Source of the DNA: Candidatus Omnitrophota bacterium | GTDB lineage: Bacteria; Omnitrophota; Gorgyraeia; Ghiorseimicrobiales; Ghiorseimicrobiaceae | DNA: 64,000 bases | Assembly: GCA_030681595.1 (NCBI GenBank) | Contig: JAUXSB010000033.1 | Coordinates: 12,223 to 76,222 of the forward strand | Reading direction: 5' to 3' | Shown here: positions 30,001 to 42,000 of the stretch, one piece after another | How the letters are laid out: the number at the start of each line of letters is the position of its first letter | Position numbering within the stretch: the first letter of the stretch is position 1 | Made by a program: the position numbers and the translations under genes | Notes under the pieces: model-generated | What the model saw: only the letters and a program-made list of their open reading frames with translations | Database searches by the model: none | Told to the model about the DNA's origin: nothing

Positions 30001-33000
30001 GCCCAGTTAATAAGAAAACGCGAGATAATTTTTGTTGATTTATCCAATGCCTCTAAATTACTCTTGGCTTTTTCTCCCTTAGCTGCCTCCAGCGCAATAT
30101 TAACAAACCTAAGCGTCTTAATTAACCTGCGCTTGTATAGTATTCTTGTAAGAGCAGGCACTTTTTTATAAAGAGCGTGGCTGCCGCTTAAGATAAGTTC
30201 TAAAATGAAATTCCTGTATTTAATCATCGCGGCGTCTATGGATATATCTTTCTTGTTGTGGCCCAAGTTATAAAGGGCATTCTCTACCGTCCCAAGCGGA
30301 ACAGCGTCTCCGTAGTATAATCCTATAAAGAATAAGACGCGGCGCGCACGCACGATATCAACCCTTGAGCCTACGCCCCTTAAATTACTATTTTCGGCTT
30401 CTTTTATTAATCTTTGCAGAGGCGCAAAATTCCTATCTTCAAGATTTGTAAATATGTTAATAATTTTGGTTATGCTAGCAATATCGGGAATGCTTATCCC
30501 TGCCGGTTTTAACAATTTATTTAAACTACCGTCCCGATAGGACTTTCTTAGCTTATCTACCGAAGAGATGATATTTTCAAATTCTATATGTTTATCTTGC
30601 GAAAGAGGCGAATTAGCGGAACTTTCAGATAATCCCTTTAAAGATATTTCATAATTTAATACTAAATTCAACCATTTGTTGTATTCTTTCGCCTGTTTAA
30701 TCAGTAAAAGTAAATCATTCTCTGTCTGAGTCATTTCTTCAAAAAGTCCTTCAAGTCCGTTAATAATAAAGTAATCTTCCAAAACTCTAAAGATCCATTT
30801 ATTTTTGCCGGATATTTCGGCTATCGCACCCAGGATATTACTTCCCTTGCTATCCTTATCATACAAACCAATAACCTCATCTAACTGATACAGGCCGTCA
30901 GCATCTTTAAACTCCATCATTTTTCCGCTTAATCCAAACAGCGGATCTTCCTTATCCTCAAGCCGCTCCATAATTCTTTCTATGCGCGCGACCAGATAAC
31001 CGAAGAAGATATAGCGCTCTTTCTTTGTTATTATTTTCTTAACGAGCCTAACGATTTCACTTCGCTGTACTTCTGATAGAGCACCGATCACCCCTGATAA
31101 ACCTTCAGAAACCATACTGTTAAATATATCGTCTAATTCAATATATGGCCCTGCCTCTTCTTCGTTAAGCTCAATCCGCCTTAAAATATCTCTAAGCCCA
31201 TCAACATTTTTCTCCAAAATGCTCTCTTTTGACGGCATTGCCCTTACCTTAACTTGCGCTAAAGATAAAAGTTCTTTTGCGTAATCTAATTTACGGATAT
31301 CCTTCGCTTTAACTTTGCCCTCTTTCTTTTTCTTCTTATTTATCTCTTGCAGCTTCTTTTCAACTATCCCTTCTAATACTTCTGCAATAGCCGGCCAGTC
31401 TGCCGCAAGAACACCAAAAGCCTCTAAAAAGGCATGATATATATTTTCATCCTTTATATTATCAACCGATATCTCCAATAAAATTACCCATTCAGCTTTA
31501 GATTCCACCGCGTTAAGCAAATTCGTAAGATACGCTGGATAAGAGGCTATAATTTCCCTTATCGCTTCTTTCGCTTCTTCCCTAAGCCTGCTTGCATCCT
31601 CTGCCTCTTTTGTCTGCGCCACGCGAAGTGCGGATAAGGCCAGATTGTTGTACATGCTGCCTTCTTTGACCCCCAGCTTCCTTGCTAATCTCCAGTGCTC
31701 AAGGCATTTTTCATCCTCCAAGCCAAAATATGCATTTCCTAAGAGAAACTGCAGATCCGCGCTTTTGGTATTTATTTTTTCTGCTTTTAAAAGCTCAACT
31801 TTTGCTTCCTCATATCTCTTTAAGCTGATAAGGCATCTCGCCAAATAAATTAAAACATCAAATTCACTGGTTTCTTTATCGCCATATTTATTCTTTATAA
31901 ATATCCCAAACTGCTCTAATGCCTTATCAAACTTACCCCAGTTATAATACACACGGCTCAACATGTTATATAGGAAAGATTCATCGGGATAAAAGCTGAT
32001 TACTTCAAGAAGCGTCCGTTCTGCCTCTTCGTATTCTTGCTTGTTATAATGCAGGACAGCCCTGCTGTCTGCCAGCTTTATCTTGAGATCATCTATTAAA
32101 CCTGTTAAATCCGGTGTTAATGTTTTGGCTTTCTCCAAGGCTATTTTAAAAAGCTCGATAGATAACTCATAGCTTTCTTTGAGATAAAAATATTCCCCCA
32201 TTTTGCCTATAAAAACAGGGATGAGGCGCGCATCTTTAGCAACTATTTGTTCTTGGATGATTACTTTTTCCACAGCATCTGTCAGCGGATCGCCGTTCTT
32301 AAGTGCAGACTTTATTTTAGCGGCAAACCCTGCTATCATCCGCTCCATAGCCGCCTTCTTCTGGTAGTCGATACCTAACATTTTTTCTGCCTGCTTTTTA
32401 GCGTTAGTGTCCATCGGCCCGCCAGAATGACATTGTCGGGCTGGCGAGGCGGCAAGAAATTCCTTGACGCTGATAAATTTATCAATGATATCTTGAGTAA
32501 TTTTAAGATGTAAATTTACTTCTTTGGTATAAAAGAATATGCTAGACACGCCCTTCTTCAATAATTCCATCCTTATCCAAGTCACAACATCTGCCTGAAA
32601 CTCAGATAATTCGCCAAAAAGCATTTTTTCTTCATATTTTTTAAGATTGCCCCTAATGAGGTTAGCTTCTTTTAGGATATCTACCCTATTATATTTCTGA
32701 AGGAGAAATTCTTTTATAGGCACATAACCGTATTTAGGTAAATTATAGGTATCAACCAATATCCTATCCTTAAGGTTGGGATCAAACTGCATACGCGTAG
32801 GGCAGATCAACGACTGGGTATTATATTTATCCGTGGCGCGAGTCCAGACATGCGCGCGTTTTTGACCATCATAAATAAAATATCCGCCTTCAATAATAAA
32901 ATTGATTTCGGGGCTGCCGCCACCTATTATGCCGGATATTTCAGATAACGCAGGAGTAAGTATATTGTTAAAAGCAGCGCATATCATTCCCTGCTCTAAA

Positions 33001-36000
33001 ATCAATTGGTCAGCCTTACTTTTATAGACTCCTCTTAAGTTTTCGCTGACTACGCCCCAAATATCCCGTCCGTATTTGGTAAGAAATTTTTTTATAATTA
33101 AAATGGCCCTTGGCTTAGCGCGCCTTCCTATCGCCTTATTCACAAGGGGCGAAGCTGATTTTCCTGTAAGGATATTCTCTATTTGCGTAAACAGGGCATC
33201 TACCTTCTCGAAATTTATTTCGCTATTATTACTTAATAAATCCCTTGCTATGCCTAAATTAACATAATAATCCTGCGGAGATTTCTTGATCAAATAATGG
33301 ATATAGTTCAAAAATCCTTGGTCGCCTTTAAGCAGCCTCCTAAATGAAACCGCCGCCTTCTCAAGGATATCTTTACTTCTGTTATCATTTTTATATCTAT
33401 TTATGCTCTTAAGAATTAGCTGCTTCTTTACCAGCCTTTCCTTTAATAATTTCCAAAGTTCTGTAAAGGCGAATACATCCTCTTTGGCGCGAGCAAATTT
33501 AGCCAAGACATCAATGGCATATCGCTGATAAAAACTTTCTTTGGGGATAAATGCGCAAAGTGCCTTTATTAATTTCTTATATTCATCTTCACTTACTATG
33601 ATATTATTTTCTCTTATAGATTTTATTAAATCATGAGCCTCATCTAATAGTTTCTTTCTTTCGCGTAGCGAGACAATTAGGGGATTTATATCATTTAATT
33701 CCCGTGTTAGGCCAAAAATCTTTTTGGTTATTTCAGATTTTTGGTCTGGAATGTTGTTAGATCCATAATAAACATCTTCGATATGCAAACGAATTTCGTT
33801 GCCTTCTTCGATAACCCTAATTTTATAAGGCGGCATTATTTCGCCTTTTAAACGCGCCTCAAAATAAGTGCGCCGCAAAACACTCCGATAAATCGCCCAC
33901 AGTTCTTTGAAAGTTTTTTCATTTAAGCTCGCATCATTGGGATAATACTCTAGCAGCCACTGGCGTACCTTGATATCGCACTGAGGTTCCCATCCGGGCT
34001 TATGGTCGGCATAATAAACAGTTGCCTTTTCTATATTTTTCCCGGCTAACTTTTCCTCTAATCCCTTTATAATTAGTTTTCTTAAATGCCGCTTTACGCC
34101 GATAAACTGAAAATCAATAGGAGAAGAGCCGCCTTTAGCATTAACGTAAAAAATTAGAGCGTAAAGAGAGACGGTGCCCACCGGCTTTATCCCGTTAGAG
34201 AGCGATTGTACCCCACCAGCCACGGAAGGTAATACAATCTCTTTATGCAGCTTCTCTCTAACGGGACACGCCCGCCAGAACGACGTAGTCGGGCTGGCCT
34301 GTCCGCCAAAGTATTGATGGCGGAGAGAGGTCAACCATCTGTTTAAATCCTCCTTACGCCCTAATTTTAATAGAACATAATTATATGAAATTACATCCGG
34401 CCCGGCGCGCAGTTTACCTGATTCAACCAAAGCTCTACCCCTCTGCCAAGCAATGATACCTACGGCGACATAACCTAGCGGCCCGCCTGACTCCCGCCCG
34501 ACCCGCCAGACCGAAGTCGGGCTGGACGACATTCTGTCGGGCGCGGTCATTCGGGCAGGCGAAGCAGAAATGCCTGAATTAGTTTTAAGCGCTAAAGCTG
34601 TCTTTAAAACTTTCTTTTGGTTTTCTTTTTCAAAACCTCTATACAGGAAGAAATCTTTTATATACCACGCTACCATTTCATAATCTGCTGTGCCTTCTGT
34701 ATCCCTAAAAGACCCATCAATAGCACTTGTCAACAGCTTAATATAATCTTGGCCTGGCCAATGCTTACTCAATACGTAAACTAATATTTGAGTGGATGAA
34801 TTAAATAGTTTTCCTATTTTTTCATCGAGGTCATTAACTGCCTTTTCATCTCTAGGCCAGGCAAGCTTTTTTAACATATCCCTGCTATGTAGATAATAAT
34901 CTATTGCCTTACCCCAAACCCCTCTCTTTTGATAGATCTCTCCCAGATATGCTAAAATCTGGGCGGTCATCCTCTTATCGCCGACTCTTTCTCCTCCGGG
35001 AGCTACTATATATAAACTTTCCATAAACGCTTCTTCCGCCTTATCTAACTTATTTCTCTTCAATTCAAGGATGCCTCTGTTAAAATAGCTTTTTGCAAGG
35101 CCTATCCTATCCCAGCCATGTTTTCTCAATTTAAGGCTCAGGTCAGAATATATTTCTGCCGTATCATAATCTGTGAGGTTTGTGAAATGCGCCGCAAGAC
35201 GGTTATAGACCTTTGCCAGCATACGATTATCGCCTATTATTTTAAATATGTCTTCGCTTATCTTTAAGCTCCTTTCGTAGTCTTCTCTTGCCTGCTCGCT
35301 CTGCCCTAATCTATCGTATAAGTCTCCCCTGCGGAAATAGCTGTTTGCCAACCCCTCTAAGTTGACGACATCTCTGATATCTTTTGAATGAATGGTAAGT
35401 TTTTTTCTTATATCTATTGCTTTATTAAAGGCTCTCTCGGCTTTATCAAACCAGTAATGCCTTTTCATCACCCTTTCCTTCTCTCCCTTTACCATATAGA
35501 CAACGCCTAAATAATGCTGAGAAAGGACAAGGCCAAAATTTGCCTCTATATAAATAAGGTTGAGGTCTGTGCGGCTGATTATACTTTCCCAGAAATAATT
35601 ACTTAACATCAGGTAATCTTCCGCTTCATCTAACCTCTCTATATCCAGATAAAAACTGCCAAGTGTACGTAGTGTCTTAGCAATCTCTAACATATCTCTA
35701 ATATCTATTGTTATCGAGTGATAACGGACTATTGAATTTAAGGCATCTTTTACCGCAGAGCCCTGAAGCTTAGACTCCACATCAGCAATATTAATTGCCA
35801 ATTCCAAACTATCCAGCAGCCAACTTTCCGCCCCTTTAATCTCCTTTGCGTCTATTATGTTCCCCCTCAGCCACTCAATGATGCCTTTATACTTCTTGTT
35901 AGTACGCTCAAGCCTGCGGAATCTATGCCTCTGAGCAATCTCAAGAGCCCCTGTAAATTTTATGTTTTCTTCACCCATGATACCCATAATATTTACATCT

Positions 36001-39000
36001 GCCTCGTCCAGATATCCGGTACCCATCAATAGGCGCGCCTCTTTAAGCAGATTTTCGCAGATTGGGCGTTCATCAGGGTTATATTTCGCCTTGCGGAAGT
36101 CTATTAGCAGGTTACGAATATCATTTCTGTATAAATTTATCGCTTTTTTCAAATGCCATATCGCCGTATAAAGTTCAGCCAGGCCGGCGCTGGCAAGATA
36201 AAACACAAACCACTCCTTATTCCTGTGGCTTAGCGTGCGGCTCTCTATAAAATATTTTTTCGCCTCTTCCCAACTGCCTTGCCTCCATAAGCTCAGTGCT
36301 CGAGTATAATATGACATAGAGGAAACCGGCTCGTTAGCTTCAAATTTTTTCCTGCTAAAAGCCTTAAGCCTCTCTGCTACCACATGCCATCTTTGCTGCC
36401 ATGCCCATAAGGCGCACTGGATATTTAATAACACCTCTTCTGTGTCTATACCCTGCTTTTTTAGTTTATCTGACAATTTACTAAACCACTCATTAACTAT
36501 CCTGTGGTTTATAGCATCAATATTTTCTCTAGTGGTATCCGTAATCATTTTTTTTATCCATTCCAGTGCCTGTTTGGCGGGATGCGCCAAAAGGAAACCT
36601 ATGCCTAAGGCGACTGCGCACATTAAGGTAATCGCCTCCTTGTGGTCAAGATGCATGTGCAGAGACCCTGCTATCTCTATCAACCTATCAAAAGATACAA
36701 CATAATGTAATCCCGCCACCAACAAAGACGTTAAAACTATATGGGCGCCGTATTCAGTAATTATGCCTGCTGCATAATCGACTACGCGCATGAACAGCCC
36801 CTTTGCCCGATGAGAACCTGTTTTCTCTTCATCTCTATGTTTTTCTAACGCATCCTCGAGACCTGATTCATAGAAGAATAATAAATCCTCTTTATATTCC
36901 TTACTCAGCTCCTGACGCATCCTTTCTGCGCTCTTTACAATTTTACCTCCTTCTTTATGCAAGAATATATGCAAAGAGGTATTCTTTTCCCTGACTATAT
37001 CTTTATTCCTTATGATTTCAGAAAAGATGCTGTCTTTGCCGCTATAGCCAATAGCCAGTAAATGATAATTAGACATAATGTTCTTTAATAGGCACGTCTT
37101 GGCAACAGATAACCCCTCACCCTCCATTCTATAGGCATTGTATATTGAATCAGGGTTAGTAAGTGTGCCGTTAAGCTTAAATATCAATATCTTTTCGCCT
37201 CTTGCCTGGGCAAAACCGCTCTCTTCAACCTCTTTATTAAATTTCTCTATTTCCTCATCTGTTGCGTAAACCTTAAAGTCTCCGACTTCTTCTATTGCAT
37301 CTCTAAAAATACCAACCCCTTCCACTACTTCTTCTTTGTATGTCACTACCTGCTTGACTTCGCTTAACCCTTTATCTTTTAACGCCTGCTCAAGAAGCGT
37401 ATGGATATTGGTAGTAAAGAATAGGTTCATTTCTTTCCTTTTAGCTCTTTTGGCTAAATCAAGATATAAATCGCCTGGTTTTATCAGCCGCCTGAAGCGG
37501 GTTTTAAAATTATCCGAGTCAAAAAGCTCAGTCAATCCCATAATCCCCCTGCCAAAAGCGGTTATAAGCAGGCTATAGAAAACATCCGGCGGTAGATCCT
37601 TAGGACATTCAATCCCCATTTCAGTTGACACCAACTTCAAAAATCCTCTGTAAGTAAGCATGCCGCCTCCGCCTGCGCCTAAGAGAACGCCCATCTTACT
37701 TTGCTCGTTAAGCCCTCTTAATCCGTTACCGCCTGCCTTATTCAGCTTGTTATTGAATAACCGCTTAAGTGGCGAGCCCACGGAGCTAGAATCACCGTCT
37801 TCCTCTTCGCCGGATAAGTTCTTTAAGATGCCCTCAATTTTTCCAGCTTCTTTCTCGCCGAATAAATCCGTTAATATGGCTTCTTCTGGTGTTATTAAAT
37901 CCGGGAGGAACTTGCGGGCGTTCCGCCTTAATTCTCGTAAAATATCCACTGTCTTGCCAAAGGCATCTTTAATCACCAAGTCATCTTCTTCTAAATAATT
38001 CGGTGAATATTTGTCTTCGGCAAAATAATACAGAGCTTCTTCTGCCACGCCTTTATCTAATTCCATAAGCTTGCGGATAGAAACTTCAAATTTAGCATTA
38101 AAATGTATTAAGAAAAGATAAATCCTTACAAGGCTAAAAATTGCTGCCCTCTTATACTGTTTTACATGCCTAAATAAAATATCTTCAAGATATTCCTGTT
38201 TAGAAAGTTCTTCTTTGGCGCCTTTCTTTAATAATGCCTTTTGTTTGGGTTCATACAACCTCTGATACACTCTTGCGATTACCTCTATCAAATTAGAATC
38301 TAGCCCACCGGATAAAGCCGATACCTTATCAAGTATAAGCCTAATAATATTAAATAATTCCTTTACAGGATAAATAGAGACAAGCTGTTCAATGATTTTA
38401 TATCTCTCTACTGTTATATATTTTTCCACTGCCCGCTCAATAGAACTTAAGGTTGCCAAATAAGCGGATTCAAAGTCGGGATTTGTTGTCAGCGCCCCAA
38501 AGAATGTCCTCCAGAATAAATCCTTACCTAAAGCTAAAGAGTGTCTTTCTAAGAATCTTCTGAAATCGCTTAATTGCTCCCTGCTAAACTGCGCCTTGTG
38601 TTTCCCTAAGAATTTATTTATCTCTTCTTTGGACACGGGGCTAGCGGATTCCGCTTTAGATGAAGAATATAAAAGATTAACCGTTACCCTATATTCATCC
38701 GATATATAGCCTTTACCGGGGATTAAGCCTAGAATTTGCTCTATATATTCTTTTCTAGTTAATTTAGTAGAAGCCTCTTTAATCTCTCTTATGCTCTTGG
38801 AGACAACACCTACTTTATCCCTTGTAATGTTCTCTTTATAGCCGCCATCATACATGTATAATTTACCGCCCGTTCCTTCGCCTTTTCTTGTTTTTCCCCA
38901 TCTTTCTTCTTCCTTTGCAAACGCATAAACAAATTTTATAAAGCCGGCTGGCCCAAAATCAATTCTGCGCGCGGCATAATTTAAGCGTATCATCTTATTA

Positions 39001-42000
39001 ATGTCTAACCACTTAATTAAGACGCTCAGATCGCCCAATTCGTGAATTTCACGAAGCGCATTATAAGCTTCTCGATATTGCTTAGCATAATCTCTAGATT
39101 TTCCTTTGCTTAAGTCATTGGCGGTATCTAAGAATGCTTTTTCTAAATTATCTTCTTTCCCCCTAAATTTATCTATTGTCTTGGCTAAATCAAAGGTTTT
39201 TTCTTTCTTTATCACCGCGCCCATAAAACCATAAAAGAGGCGCACCGCCGGCCAATATTTCTCAAGCACCCTTAACTCTTTAACATTACCTAAGTCCAAT
39301 ACATAGAGGATATTGCTTATGCGCTGATTTGTAAGCGTGCCTATTCCTCTCGCCGCGTAATAAATAAAATCTAAGATAGCGGCGGCCTTAAAATAACGGT
39401 TTACATTTATTAGGTATTCATTATCAATAATAAGCGTTTCAGAGTTTTCGCCGCTTAAATAAACGATAAACCCTATCCTGTTTAAATATTCTATCAGTTG
39501 GCTTTCGCTGAATTTGGATATATTTTTTTCGTCAGTTATAGCCTTAAGCATATCTTTGATAAACTGCCGGCTCAACTGGGCAAGCCTTCGGGAAGCAGTA
39601 AAATCAAAACTCTTAATTCGCCCGCCTGATGCCTTATAAATTGTAAAAAATAGCTCAAGCACCTTTAACGTCTCTTTATCCGTTAGATTTACAAAGACGT
39701 CCATAGCATGATCCATCTGAACAGTCTCCATAAATTCCTTAAAATCACTATCATTTCTTATAGCTATATCTAACACGGTGTATTTTGCGTCAATTCTGGT
39801 TCCGGAAACATCAGAAGAAAATCTTTTTTTGCGGTGTTGGGTAATAGAAAATTTCCTTAAGTATTCCAAATCGAGCATCTTAGTCATAAATTCTGCCGCA
39901 GAGTTATTAAAGAAACTGCCGTCTCCATAAGAGAGGATATCCGCGGAATTAACTATTATCAAAAACTTAAGTAGCATTTGTCTTTCATCTTCGCTATCGA
40001 ATTTATCCAAGGCCTTTAAAACCGTATTCTTTGGTCGTTCGCCGCCTCCGATTCCGCCAAACTCCGGATGATACTTAATAATAAATACCGCCCACTCAAT
40101 TACCTGTTTATCGGTAATACCAAACCTGCCTAAAACCGCCGGGATAATCTTTGCTCCTCTGTCCTCATGGGCTCCGCCTTTAATTATATCCCCGATATCA
40201 TGCAGGAAAGTAATGGCATTGATGATAAAGTAAATTTCGGATGTATTTTTCCCCTGCTTTTTCATAAACCGGACAATATATTCCAAGGCATCAGAGAGCA
40301 TGTCGAAATATTTCTTATCTATATTAAGCATGCCCTGCCTTAAATTTTTAAATTCCGCATAGTCTCTCCTGAAAAATATCTCCGTAAATTTATTCAATTT
40401 AATAGAATGTTCTAATATCGTAACTTTTGGTTCTTTTGTTTTTACCCTCTCCAGGAGCTTTAGGTAGGATAGCGCCTTAAACAGAATTCCTTCCTTAGCC
40501 TTTGCGTTTTTATATAGTTTTTCTAATTCCTCACCTGAATTTAAAGTTTCAAGTGCTTTCTTAAGTAAAGATATGGCATGCGGGTCAGAATCAAAATCAG
40601 GTAGTCGCTCTTCTTGCGCAGATTTATCTTTTAGCCTGAATTTATTAGTTATCTCGTGAATACCGCCATCGCCTGAATCAATTACGCGATGGACACGGCT
40701 TTCACAGACAAGCGTAATGATAAGATTTATATCTTCTTCCTCAATATCAAGTTTTTCTAAAAGCGGCAATAAAAGCTGTTTAGCGCTCTCTGCATCATCT
40801 CCCAAGAGAATCCTCGAGTAATCTCTCAACAGGCCGCTTAAGAAAAGGATTTTCTTAATCATTTCATCTTTGCCATGCTGGCCTATATCACTAAACCGGT
40901 ATTGAAGCCTTCTTAGTAAGTCACGATTTAGATTATCCTCTCCGGGAAGTTTGCGCTGGTTAAAATACTCATACCAGCTGTCTTCATCTACAAGGCTCCC
41001 ATAATGCTCAAGGAAGCTCAACTGATTAGCGGATTCATTAACCAAATCCCAGCGGCTATTTTGCGCCCACCAAAAATCTGAATGGTCGGTGATGAAATCC
41101 AAAGCGCTGATATTTGTGTTCTTTATAACCCAGTCCCATAATTCTCTGACATTGCCTCTCTTCCAAAATATCTTAAAGTCGTTTATTTCTGTATCGGGAA
41201 TTAATTCGATTCTCGCCAAGAGCGCGTTCAACAAGCTTAAACGAATCTTAGAATGTTCGCTGTCCTTCGGCTCATGCCTCATATATTGCGTGAATGCCTG
41301 AATTTTTTCGTCATATCTGGCTGCCCTTAAAGCATGAAAATAAACAGTCGCGGCCTTGGCGTATTCGCCTCTCTTGAAAAATTCATCCGCCTCGCCAAGC
41401 AAGAATTTCATCAATGCCTCTAAATCAACTGTTTCTGTTTTATCGCCGCTCGCCGCCTTTATATAACGCACCTCATCTACGATATTGCCTTTTACCTTAC
41501 TCTTAGGCTTGCGCGGGTCTTTCTCTATTTTAAATTCCTTATGGATAGCCGGATACTGCCCTTTATTCTGCCTCAAAATCACATCCAAGAAAATCTTAAA
41601 GTTCTCGTTATTTGTAAGCGGGCTGGCGGATTCTCGGGTTGAGACTGCGGCAATAATCGCAGCGCCTATGCCCGAGCCATCATGAGTCAAAGTTAACTTA
41701 ATCCTGCCTGCCTTTTCAAAACCAAATATTTCTACGAATGCTTCTTGCATCCGCGCGGCAAAACCGGGGTATTTTTCAAAAAGTGAACCATCTACGGCAA
41801 CCGTATGCCTCTTGGATAAACGCGGGTCGATTTTGGTAAGCGCGCCTGCTAACGCGGCAGTTGCTATACGCGCCGCACGGATAGAAATAATCTTACAGAT
41901 TTCTTGTATCGCCTTTCTTTCTTCAAAAGTTATGCCTTTAATCTTAAGTTTACTTAGCACTGTATGCGCGCCCCAGAGATTAGAGGAGCCATCACTTTCT

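Noticed and set aside
34191-34265. Integron attC site (GTTAGAG...CTCTAAC resembles core/inverse-core)
   Set aside because: The orientation is wrong: GTT... precedes ...AAC on both strands, whereas attC has inverse core then core. The positions do not fit the RYYYAAC/GTTRRRY consensus, and the element is a perfect palindromic TIR, more like a MITE.
34191-34265. Small self-cleaving ribozyme (hammerhead/twister) or group I/II intron fragment
   Set aside because: No CUGAUGA...GAAA or other ribozyme consensus on either strand. At 75 bp it is far too small for an intron, and the ORF reads through it in-frame.
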